64,000 nt of DNA. It comes from Octopus vulgaris. Taxonomy: Eukaryota. Below the pieces are notes generated by a model. The model had not been told where the DNA came from. It saw only the letters and a list, made by a program, of their open reading frames with translations, and made no database searches. Where the stretch lies: the NCBI GenBank assembly GCA_951406725.2, contig OX597826.1, positions 77,438,001-77,502,000 of the forward strand, given 5' to 3'. This document shows positions 51,636 through 64,000 of this stretch, in pieces. Made by a program: the position numbers and the translations under genes. Numbering within the stretch: position 1 is the stretch's first letter; every line of letters begins with the position of its first letter.

Positions 51636-51779
51636 CACTCACACTTATATATATATATATTCATATACACTCATACAATCAGCATTGTTTTCCATGCTAG
51701 TATATGAGTGAGAACAGACAAAATTCATTGAACCAGATTTCTTACGGCTGGATATTCCACCACTTACCATTCTTCAATT

Positions 51780-52131
51780 CAGTTCTGTATTTAAGAGATG
51801 AGGAATTATGTACATTATTTACATTTGACTGATATTTGTTCCTCATCTTGTTTGTTAACACAATGTTTTGGCTGATATACCCTCCAGCCTTCCTCAGGTG
51901 TCTTGGGGTAATTTCGAATCTGGGTTCTCATTCCTAAGGTATTTTTCGATGTTGTTATTATTATTATTATTCAGGTCACTGCTTGAAATCGAACTCGGAA
52001 TCTTGGGGTTAGTAGCCTGCGCTCTTAACCCCTATGCCATATGCCCATGGTTATATCAGCCAAAATGTTGTGTTAACAACAAACAAGATGAGGAAAAATA
52101 TCCACCAAATGTAAATAATGTAAATAATGTA
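51780..52131. mobile_element. Second inverted pair of the hammerhead-bearing SINE (full copy 51780-52046 on -, partial inverted copy 52052-52131 on +)
   Basis: Perfect 12-bp TSD CATTCTTCAATT at 51768-51779 and 52132-52143; hammerhead disrupted by CpG transitions. Confidence 0.9.
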
Positions 52132-52534
52132 CATTCTTCAATTGTTTCCAAACTGAGTAACACTTTACAATCACAGGACATATTTTCAGGGAAGATCGAA
52201 AATTAATTATACCACTTCAATCACATAATGCTAAGGCAAAGAGGCACAAACGAATAGATGCACACACACACATACATACACACAGACAGACAGAGGCATA
52301 TACAGAGGTAGGCATTAGGAAGGGCATCCAGCTGTAGAAACCATGCCAAAGCTGACACTGGGACACAGTGAAACCCTCGGACCCATTGGATTCTACCGAA
52401 GCATCCTTTCCGTGCCAATATGAAATGTGGATGTTAAATGATGTATGTAAGGAGCTATTGAAAAGGCAATGAAAATGTGGTGCTCAAGCATGGCCACAAC
52501 TCTTTAGGCTGAAACACGTGACAGAACAAAGGAA

Positions 52535-52544
52535 TATATATATG

Positions 52545-52579
<35 letters not shown>

Positions 52580-52890
52580 CATATATGTATAACACATATA
52601 TATATATATACATACATATGTATAACACATATATATATACATATATGTATTATATATATATATAAATACATATATGTATTATATATATATATATATATTT
52701 ATATATATACATACATATATGTATTATATATATACATACATATATGTATTATATATATATATATACACATACATATATGTACAATATATATATACACATA
52801 CATATATGTACAATATATATATATACACATACATATATGTACAATATATATATATACACATACATATATGTACAATATATATATATATAT
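52535..52890. repeat. (TA)n-based minisatellite (CACATACATATATGTACAATATATA units)
   Basis: Directly visible. Confidence 0.9.
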
Positions 52891-53846
52891 AGGTACCTGT
52901 TACATATTCAAATTGTATTCATATGTTTGACTATATATGTATATACACACACACATATATATAAATATGCACCATAAACACACTCCCAAATGTGTGTGTG
53001 TGTGCATTATTCATGTGCATAGAATTTGTAATATATATGGAAGGCATAAAAATAAAATTAAGAACAAAAGCACATATATATATATATAGACAGATTAATA
53101 TATGCTACAATACAAAAGTCTGTGCATGTTTATATTCACATAATTATAATGAAGATATTTTAATTACACAGCACTAACGAACACACTCATAATTTTGGCA
53201 TTTTCATTTGAGAAATGGGTGGCTAAATCATTTAAAGTTCCATCTATATTTTTGAAATATTTTATTTCAATTATTTCACAACCTGAAGAATAAAAAATAA
53301 ACAATAATAAAACGAAAAACACAAAGAACCTCCCATCAGCTTTGTTTTTTAGTTTTTGTTGAAAAAAAAAAAAAACAACAATCGAATATCATCATCATCA
53401 TCATCATCAGTATCATCATCGCAAGTCCCAGGGAAATATGAATCTACACCAACAACCGTCAGGTGATTCCCACATGCACACACACATTAACAATACCATT
53501 CATTATATAGCATTACCAGATATATTGCTTATTGCATATTAATTATTCCGTCAAATCATACACACACACACACACACACACACACGGTTAAAATCTACAA
53601 GCTATCAACCCATCTCCAATCTTCACCTGACATTATATACAGGTGTATATTACATACAAATACAATAACATATACCCTTAATTATAGTTATCCTTTTAAT
53701 CATAATTTTAATAATAATAATAATTAACTATAAGGTCTTTTCTTCCCATGTTAGCCACTTGAGATGATCGTTATTTTAAATAATGGTCTTATCCTTATTC
53801 ATACAATAATATATATATACATGTGAGCATACATATATATATATGC

Positions 53847-53878
<32 letters not shown>

Positions 53879-53925
53879 CAATATATACTCATCACTATGC
53901 TTTGTTGTACCTGTCATACATGCAT

Positions 53926-53959
<34 letters not shown>

Positions 53960-53984
53960 TACCATTTAATGTACGCTATAATTA

Positions 53985-54309
53985 CCATATTTGATGGCCT
54001 ATAAGACGCACAAGTGCATAGGACACACCCTAGCCTAGGCTATACTTTCATAAAATAAATTACCACTAAAATGTTTTAATTCCTCCACTTACCTGTATAA
54101 TTTTATGTTAATACAGGTAATTATAAGCAATTTAATACATCCACATTTAATATAAACATATCATAGGTGATTGTTCACCAATAGATGGCAGCACACGTTT
54201 TGTAAACATGCAAGTTTTGAGCCTACATTGAGTGAATTAGGAGCAGGGGGATTTTTAAAGCCATTTTGGGGTAAAAAAAATGGTGCGTCTTATAGGCCAT
54301 CAAATATGG
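53985..54309. mobile_element. Tc1/mariner-type MITE, 325 bp
   Basis: Perfect 27-bp TIRs CCATATTTGATGGCCTATAAGACGCAC at 53985-54011 and 54283-54309; TA on both flanks. Confidence 0.95.
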
Positions 54310-55107
54310 TAAATCTAGTGCTACTAATAGTTCTTTACTAGTACACATGACCAGGAAGAACATGCCTTGTTCCTCCAAGCAATCTTCGAGGCACAAAGCA
54401 CATTATAAAACCCTGCCCAGCCATGTATCTTCATAGTAAGGATCTATTAGGGACCCTTGGCTTAATTACAGGATACAAGATATGTTACTTATCTCTCATT
54501 AGATGGAGTACTTTCTTTGTTTTGTTAATCTTACCTTAATGAAATGGTAAACTATATACACACACAGACATATACATATATACACACAAATATATTATAT
54601 ATACACACACACACATACATATTATATACATATATTATATACACACACAAACATATGTATTATTTTAGAAAGCAATATACATCCATACACGCAGTAACTC
54701 TTCCAATGATCAGAATACATATATCACATATATGTGCAACCAACACACTTCCATACCTTACCATACATAATTTACATGCATGTATGTGTGTATGGACATT
54801 CATATACACCCCTTTCAAATGCTACCACCTCTCACCACACTATAAGTCACAATTCTTATATTCCCATCATATACACAAACTCACTCACTTTCATAGACTG
54901 TTAATTTCTTCTAGCAAAAATTTCCAACACCACCACAACCACACACACACCTTCACCTTCATGACACCTACACTAATAATAACAGCACCAAATTACTCTC
55001 TCTCTCTATTGACCCCATCAAATGCAAACTCCCATTTTTCACCAAAGTCCACCCATGACCACCACCACCACCATTGCAAACACTGCTATCCACTGCATAT
55101 AGTAATT

Positions 55108-55327
55108 AATGGTTTCAAATTTTGGCACACGGCCAGAGATTCCAGGGGGGAGAGGATAAGTCGATCACATCGACCCCCAGTACACAACTGGTACTTATTT
55201 TATCGACCCCGAAAGGATGAAAGGCAAAGTCGACCTCCGCGGAATTTGAACTCAGAACGTAAAGGTGGATGAAACACCGCTTAGCATTTTGCTTGTCGCG
55301 CTAACGATTCTTGCCAGCTTGCCGCTT
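55108..55327 (-). mobile_element. Full-length Nin-domain SINE (alternative 3' tail)
   Basis: Nin domain match; flanked by direct repeat CACTGCATAT. Confidence 0.85.
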
Positions 55328-55779
55328 CACTGCATATAATAATATTAACTGCATTAATGTTAGATCAAGCCATCCCTTAGCTTAGGCCAGACAAGAATAA
55401 GAAAAGATTAAAAAATTTTTTTTTAAATGATAGCAAAAACTAAGGGGTTATGTGCCACAAGGGCATCATTCACCCTCAGTTTTCTTCAGACTAGCAAAAT
55501 CAAAATAACAAATGAGTTTAAAAACAAATAATAATAATAATAATAATAATAATAGACACCAGATTGTGTCGTTTGGTTTAAATTTCTCTTCATCTGTTTA
55601 TTATTGTTCGTTCACATTGTTATTATTATTATTATTGCTGCTGTTGTTGTTGTTGTTGTTGTTACAGTTTATGTCTTGGCTTGAAATTTCATTCTTGTGC
55701 TTCTACGTTCTTCATGTTTCCAAGGAGTGAAGAGTCTTAAATTCTAGTTTCCGTAGACGTACCTGGAAGGTGGGCTTCG

Positions 55780-55828
55780 CTGTGTGTGTGCATGAAAATG
55801 TATGCATGTGTGTGTGTGAGCATGAATA

Positions 55829-55871
<43 letters not shown>

Positions 55872-56865
55872 ATATATATATATACAATATATATATACAC
55901 ACATGTATACATGCACATAATGTGCATGTGTGTATATACATATCTGTATATGCGTATATATTTATATACATCTGTATATGTGCGTGTGTATTTATATATA
56001 CCTGTATGCGTGTATAGGTATATATACATCTGTATGTGTGTGTATATATACACATCTGTGTATGAATATATATATATATGTTACAGATTATATATATATA
56101 TATATATATATATAATCTACATGCGTAAAAATGTATATGTATATATACACGCACACACGTGTGTGTGTATATATATATATACACTATATATATATATATA
56201 TATATAAACAATCTGCATGTGTAAAAATGTATATATACACGCACACACGTGTGTATATATATATATATTTATATATATATATACATATATATATTTATGT
56301 ATGTGTCAGTGTATTATATACATACATATGTGTGTATATATATATATATTATATATATACACACACACACATATATACATATACATCTGCATATGTATGT
56401 ATGTATATATATATATATATATATTTACACACACATATACATACACATATTTATAGACAAACATCTGTCAACGAGAAAAATGTTATAGAGTGCTTAACAT
56501 TATAGACATAGAATATAATATATATATATATACACACACATATATATAGTATACATGCTTTTGTGTGTGCGTGCGAGAGAAACACTTCATAATTTTTGTT
56601 TGACATAAATGTTTGCTTCTGTATACATACATATATAACATCACATACGTGTATGTATGTCTCACTGTGTCTGTGTGTGTGAGTGTGTGTATATATATAT
56701 ATATATCTCACATGTGTAAATACATCATGTATGTATAAATATATGTATACACATGTACAAGAAAATATAAAACATTTCCCAATGACATGCATATATATGC
56801 ACATTAAATTGATATCATTACACATATACATCCATCCACACACACATACATACATACATAAACAC

Positions 56866-56896
<31 letters not shown>

Positions 56897-57002
56897 TACA
56901 TACATACATACAGACACACATCCACAATTGGTTCCTTCCAAAATATAGACACACGATTTATGCAGAAAATATACAACACACTGTGCACCTACACATATTG
57001 CT

Positions 57003-57034
<32 letters not shown>

Positions 57035-57110
57035 TATATATATATATATATTTATGAGTGTATACACCCACATACATACATTCACACAGACATACCACCA
57101 ATGCATGCAA
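55780..57110. repeat. Large (TA)/(TG)/(CA) microsatellite field
   Basis: Directly visible. Confidence 0.9.
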
Positions 57111-57510
57111 TGTAAAAAATATAAAATAAAATAAAATTTATTATATTCTTAAACTCAGAAGGAAAAAAAAAACACCGTCACAAACACATTGAAAAATAAT
57201 GAGTGGAGTGGGGGGAGAAAAAATGTTTATTATTGCTTTAACGATAATTGGATAAATAATTTGTTTATTGCTTTTTGTTTTTCTCTTTATTGCTTTTTTA
57301 TTTTACCTTTTAATATTTATTGCTTTTCAAATTTTTTTTCAATGTTTAGTTTCTTTGCTTTTTTTTCATTTTATATACGTGTGTGTGTATGTGTGTTTTG
57401 TTTGATGTGTCTATATGTCTGTGATGCATGTATGTGTTTGAAAATATGTATGTGTATATAATGTATATATACACACTCACACAGGTATGTGTGTGTGTGT
57501 AGACATACAC

Positions 57511-57541
<31 letters not shown>

Positions 57542-60383
57542 ATACATACATGTATGTTATGTAACTTGTTATTGTAAATAATTATTGCTTTGAATTCTTC
57601 TTTTTTTCTTTTTCAAAATACAAAAACTCACCCTCATTTAACCCACCCTGATTAAATTGTTTTAGGGAAGAGAGACAGACAGACAGACAAGAAGAGAATG
57701 AGAAGAGAGATGGATACACGTGTCAGGAGAGAAGAAGATTGGACAGAAAAACACAGACTACAGGTAAGAAGTTGAGGAGAGAAGAGGGTGGACCTTGGAA
57801 AGAGATGGCAGAAGAGTTTCATTATTATTATTATTATTATTATTTATTATTATACACAATAGTGCAGATAATTAGGATTCATTAATCTTTCAGTAATCAG
57901 AAGAATCCATCAATCGGTGATTAGCACTACTAACTTTTATTCTGGGATTTTTAATTGCACTGCTTTCCAGTGTTGGCACAAGGCCACCAATTTCAGGAGA
58001 AGGGGGGGGGGGTAAGTCAATTACATCAAACCCCAGTATTCAACTGGTATTTATTTTATCGACCCCCAAAAAGATGAAGGGCAAAGTCTACCCTGGCATC
58101 CTTTGAAATCAAAACGCAAAATCAGAAGAATTGTCACTAAGCATTTTGTCTGCCATGGTAACAATTCAGCCAGCTTGCCACTTTGACATCCTAGTAACCA
58201 ACAGGTACTTGTTTTAACGACCGTTGATTATTATAGCAATGTCTGCTGTAATTTAACAGGGATTAATTTTAGGAGAGGGACAGAGAGCAATATCTTATTT
58301 TGGTTCAGTCTTGACTGCATCACGTAAAGGACCATATCAAAATAATGCATAGCATTTTCCCCAATATTCTGATGTATCCCCTAATCTACTGCACACACAT
58401 ACACACACAAGAGAGAGAGAGAAAGAAAGAAAGAAAGGTTATGTGGGGAAAGGGACTATGTGGGGTGGAGAATAGAAAGAGAAATAATATGAAGGTTGGA
58501 GAAAACCAAAGAAACTAACCAGAGACAAAAGAGAGAGGACACGGGAGATTGTAGGCCTGCATTCATGTTTGAGAGGCATATTTCTGTATTTAATATGAAT
58601 TCGGCATGGAAGGATGCATACTAGCAATTCAATACCACATTGTTTACTTGAACATCTATTATTTGGTGTCAGCCTCTTCCTCACACCAACTGCACCCTGG
58701 TCACTGACATGATTCCACTGGCTTAACATGAATGCAATTGATTTAGTTTCAACACCTGGTCTCTGATCAACTTACTTGCCTGGCAAGTAGAGGTGTAGCT
58801 AATTGGTTACGACTGGCTGCATAGATAACAAAGAAAACAGTTTGCTACAAAAGAGTTCCTGAACATTCCTGGTAGCATCAAAGCTACTAGGCACCAATGA
58901 AGGGAGTGGTACTGTCAAAAGGTATCAAAACAATTGTGATCCCCAGATGGCAGCAGATGAAGGGAATGTTGTGTAGTCCAAATGCTATGTAATACTTATT
59001 TATACGTAAATGTTTGTGTGTGTGTGTACATATGTGAGTGTGAGAGAGAGAAAAAGAGAGAGATATGCATATGTACACCTGTGTGGTTTCATACAGGTAT
59101 CTTTGTGTGGATGCTGCTGAGCAACTAAGACATATTGGCATATCGCAGTGATGTCCTTCATCACATGACATACTTCTGTTACACAAGTTCTAAAGATCTC
59201 CTGTTTGAAAATAGGAAAATGGAATTATTTACACAGACACCTATAATACAAACACACTTCTTTTGACATACATATTTCCCACAATGCACACAGACAGGAT
59301 GTCAAAAATAGAATGCATGTATCTACATACATACATACAAACATATATATGTATTTTATATATATATATGTGTGTTTGAATTGTGTAACATATATATAAT
59401 ACGATAGTGTACAAATGTATTCCATATAACTATAGGTTGAGAGGGAAAGAGAGAGGGAGAGAGAGAATGTACCACAGAAAAGATAGAATATGCGTTTTTG
59501 TCAGCAACATTATGAAATTTCAAAAGAACAGTGCATATTTAAGAAACATCTCTCAGACAACAGCAATCAAAACCCTGGTGTGCATATGATGCAATCTTGT
59601 TGCAGTGGAACTAGTTTTACTTCCAACCCCACTCTGGATCTGTCCTCAGAAGAGGACTCAATATTCTAGTAATAGGAATTAGACCACAACAAATTGGTTA
59701 TCTTTTTGTAGACCCCTCGTAGACAGATTAGCCTGTTGATTCGAAATGTGGTTTTAATTTTGGTGCTAAATAACGGCAAGATGCTTCTTTAAGCATCTTC
59801 AAACACCATATTACAATATGCACCAAAATGCAGCAACTTGTGTGACTGTTGTAACCACTGCTGCTGCAATTTAACTAATTTACCTGCACCTGGTCTTTAT
59901 GCCAATCTGAGTAATCACTGATATGCGCCTGCCGCATTGCACTTTGGCTGCAATGCAATGTGAGTGCAATGTGGCAGCATTGTAACAGCAATCTGGTTGA
60001 AATCTAGCTAAAAAAAAATTTAAATATAACAGCAAAAACAGGGAAGTGGAGGAGAACAGTTGCAGCTGAGTTGCAGAGATCTAAATCCCACTGAATGTCA
60101 GGTCAATGATTTCCGTATGTTGAGACTTGTGTTGGGCTGGGATTCAGCGAAAGAGGTGCCGATAAATATTCTTGGTCGATGGTCACTGTCGATGGTCGTT
60201 GTGGAATCCTCCTTCCTAGAACACTTTCAGCTACAGCTGCACATTAGCAACAACCTTGTTGCAACCAAGCATTAACGAAAATACTGCATTGCAATCCAGT
60301 TCCACAGATGTACAACTAACATAGGCAAACCTCAAGAAAAGTAACCAACTAACAAATACATGTCCCCAATAATAATAATAACA

Positions 60384-60414
<31 letters not shown>

Positions 60415-60639
60415 TGGTTTCAAATTTTGTTACAAGGCCAGTAAATTTAGGGGTCGGTTAAGTTAATGATATTAAGCCCAGGGCTCAACTGGTCCTTAAT
60501 TTATCAATCAGCCCCAAAAGAATGAATGGTAGAATCATCGTTGGAGAATTTGAATTTAGAAGATAGAGGCAGAAAAGAATTGTCAGGAATGATTTTGTTA
60601 ACGATTCTGTCAGTTTGTTGCCAATGACAAAGGCAACTA

Positions 60640-61120
60640 TACACTAACTTGTATCAGTCCATACATGCTGCAAGATCATGGCAAACTGACCAGATATTGT
60701 TATTGAGGATCGTCAAGAAAGGAAGCATCTCCTGACTCAAGTATCGGTCCTAACAGATAATAATGAATTCCTCAAAGGAATGGAGAAACTATCCAAATGT
60801 AAAGAACTAGAAATGGAGATAGCTAATACACAGGGTTTGAAAAAGGGAAACAAACCCTACAACAATAGTTGGTCCTTGGTCATGTTTAAAAATCATGACA
60901 ACGACCACATACATAACCAAAAATCTCAGGGCTTACACCTATACATGACACATGCATCGAAGTACCACAAGGCAAGTACATACATCACATATATTACAAA
61001 GAGTACTTTGAATACAATGAAAAGTACAAATCAAAACACAACCCACACCCAAGGCCCACAAAGCTGCACTCATTGGGGCAGTGAAAGCATACATACAAAA
61101 AAACAAAAACAAAACAAATT
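60640..61120 (+). mobile_element. Decayed R4/Dong 3' fragment (restriction-like endonuclease)
   Basis: SVHTCCKIMAN*PDIVIEDRQERKHLL..VSVLTDNN..MEKLSKCKELEMEI; homologous to 5004-5358. Confidence 0.75.
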
Positions 61121-61149
61121 TACTGAAATAATACTAATATAGGAACGAG

Positions 61150-62700
61150 ACTAGAAAATTTGTGATAATTTAGTCAAATTGACCCCATTTTTCTTTTTTT
61201 ATTGGCCCCACAGGGATTAAAGTCAATGCTGACCTTGGTGCAATTTGAACTCAGAACAACTGGAACAAGGTAATTTTTCTAATACTTTTATAATTTTACC
61301 AATACACTGCAACACTACCTACTGAATAATAATAATAATAATAATAATAATGATGATGATTTTGACAAGACACGAGTCCTCATTTTGTTAGTAGGGTGTC
61401 GATTTTATTGCCCCCAAAACACATGCTCATATTGACACACATGTGTGACACTTGAGGGTCACGTGATTCTACCAGCTTGCTGCCCAAATCATAATAATAA
61501 TAATAATGATGATGATGACGATTCTTTTTAACTTAGGGACAAGGCCAGAAATTTGTGAGGTTGGGGTTAGACAATATAGTAACCCCAGTACTTCAGTGCT
61601 ACTTTATCATATTAACCCCAGAAGGATGAAAGACAAAGCTGACTTCAGCAGGATTTGAAATCAGAATGTAAAGCATCTGAACATCAGTCCAATGCCTTAA
61701 GGATTCTACAATAATGTTAATAATAATAATAATAATTCTATAGACACGTGGCCTGAAATTGTGGTGGGGAGGGGGCAAGCCGATTACATCAATCTCAGCA
61801 TTTGACTGGTCCTTGTTTTATATCGATCCCAAAACGATGAATGACAAAGCTGACCTTAGCTGAATTTGAACTCAGAACGTCAAGACAAACAAAACGCCAC
61901 CAAGCATTTCGTCCGGCAACGATTCTGCCAGTTTTTGCTGTCTTATAAATAATTATAATAATAATAATAATGTATCTAACACAGAAGCGAAGCCTGAATT
62001 TTGGTGCAGAGGTGTTATATGTAACCCAGTGTATAACTGGTACTTCATTTTGGTGATGATGACAAAACTTCTATCAGTTTCAATGTTCAGCAGCCGACAT
62101 GTTCAATCAACTGAACTCCCAACTTGTTAAATTAATGTCAAACTGGTTGAGTATTCCACAGGCATCTGTACTCTCTCTGAAATCCTCAAGCAGAAAGAAC
62201 ATAATACTGTGTTTCACCTGGTCAGCTGTTTGCAATACAGGTACAATTTGTTGCTGCAATGCACCCAGGAGTACCCATAACCCAATTTATGGCAACCAAT
62301 TCCACTTCGGAAAACCAGACTGACCTGAGCTTAAGGTCAGAAGACTCTTACTCCAAATTCCACAAAGTGGAATTGAACCTGGAACCTGACGATTGAGAGG
62401 TGACTTTCTTAACTGCTTGGCCATGCCTGCATTTCACTGATTTATTTTACTGACCCTTGCCACCCTTGAAGGACAAAAGGAAAAGTTGACCACAGCAGGA
62501 TTTGAACTCGGAACACAATAATATTCCTTAAATGATTTCTAATATTGGCACAGGGCTATAAATTTGACAAGAGGTGTGAGGGGCACAGGTGATTCAACTG
62601 ACCCCTTCACAATTGTGGTACTTATTTTATCAACCCTCAACGCTGAACCCCAATGGGATTAGAACTTGGTAATGGGACATACCTAAATACCCCATGGCAC
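61150..62700 (-). mobile_element. Cluster of old co-oriented Nin-domain SINE fragments between (TAA)n tracts
   Basis: Repeated degenerate AAGGATGAAAGACAAAGCTGAC..GATTTGAACTCAGAA blocks. Confidence 0.75.
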
Positions 62701-63617
62701 ATTTTCTACCATGTTTTCGATTCTGCTGCTTCATTCTTCACCCCACCCACCCCTTCGCAAGGACACCGGATGAAAGGTCAGTGATAACTAACACAGACAC
62801 AAAACCTTAAATTTTTCATTCCCAATTATTTATATATATTTTATTTTATTTTTATTTTATTTATTTTTATTTATTTTTTTTTAGTGGTGGTGCAGAAATT
62901 TTTGATTATATCAAATGAATTCCTTGGTACTCTATCTTCTTGGTACTCTATTTCATTGACCCTTGGAAGGATGAACGGCAAAGTTAACTTTGGTAGGATT
63001 TGATCTCGGGATATAGAGGACCATAACACTAGCACAAGGCAGTTTGTTTGCCACTCTACCAATTGAGTTTTGCCTGCATCCTAAAAATGATAATAATAAT
63101 AATAATAATAATGGCCTTTACCATCGGCACACAACCACATTTTCGGAGATGGGGCAGAAAAGAGGGATTAGTATTCAATTAAAACACCCTTCCCCCAGTA
63201 TTTTACTGGTATTTATAATTGATAACAACAACAACAATTACAATAAAAACAACAATAATTACAATAACAACAACAAAGTGGCAGGACTTAACGAGAAGGG
63301 ATTTAATTATTTAATTATTTTGTGGGTTTAAATTTTCTTTTTGTGTTCTTAAAGGGTTTCTCAGTTTCTCTTGGGGGGATGGAAGAGGTGGATAAACAAC
63401 GGTGGGGGTTGCATTTTTTTTTTGTCAAGTGGGTGTTTGTCTGGGTGAGGTAGGGGGTTAGGGTAGGTGGTCATATTTAGATTTTGCTGGTTGTGGGCAT
63501 GGGTTAGAATTTAGAGAGGAAATGAGAGAAGGGGAGGGTGAAGGAAGAGGAAAAGAGTAAGGGAATAATGGTAGGAGGAGGAATTAGATATAAAGTGAGA
63601 CTGAGAGGAAAAAAGTA

Positions 63618-63655
<38 letters not shown>

Positions 63656-63714
63656 ATAGGAGGTGTGTGTGTGTCTGTGTAATGAAAAAAGAACTTCGTT
63701 TGTCTCAAGTCTAC

Positions 63715-63905
63715 AGGCCCATTAGCCTGGAGCTTCTCCCATTTTCCATGGCATGTCAGCAACTATGAGTCCAAGTCTGCCCACCACAATGGGACACCTG
63801 TCTAACCCAGGGGCAACATTTTCAGCTGAGTGGACTGAAGTAACATGAAATGCAGAGCTTTGCTCAAGAAAACATGCAAACTGCTCTGAGAATTGAACCC
63901 ACAAC
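63715..63905 (-). mobile_element. Degenerate Meta-like SINE
   Basis: Reverse: GGGTTCAATTCTC..TTTCTTGAGCAAAGCTCTGCATTTCATGTTACTTCAGTCCACTCAGCTG. Confidence 0.55.
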
Positions 63906-64000
63906 TCATGTGCACGTGTGTCCATGAATGTGTAACGTAACAAGGGTAGATTACGAGTTACTATAAAACTGCAATAGAAGTACCTAAGAGTACATTCATA

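Noticed and set aside
55712-57057. Many overlapping [12 protein letters not shown] ORFs here and elsewhere
   Set aside because: They are translations of dinucleotide microsatellites.

Overview
Eukaryotic, repeat-saturated, non-coding window, most likely from an octopus genome (inferred from the SINE families and the very dense (TA)n/(CA)n/(TAA)n microsatellites). I found no convincing host protein-coding exon, and the long ORFs in the track are microsatellite artefacts. The recognisable coding relics are transposon fragments: CR1/L2-group, R4/Dong, RTE and Tx1/L1 LINEs, a Chapaev3 and a Tc1/mariner transposase. Non-coding MITEs are also present. Four tRNA-headed SINE families are present. The most interesting is a tRNA-headed SINE whose 3' half carries a minimal type-I hammerhead ribozyme. 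At both of its loci (4822-5825 and 51768-52143) it is inserted as an inverted pair inside a 12-bp TSD, and the inverted copy lacks a ~30-36-nt 3' tail. This is the integration signature of Penelope-like elements. Other minimal hammerhead variants and fold-back insertions occur, several of them within (TA)n tracts. CpG decay in repeats rises after ~36.5 kb, suggesting a methylated gene body that starts near 35.5 kb. All calls were made by eye and most boundaries are approximate.
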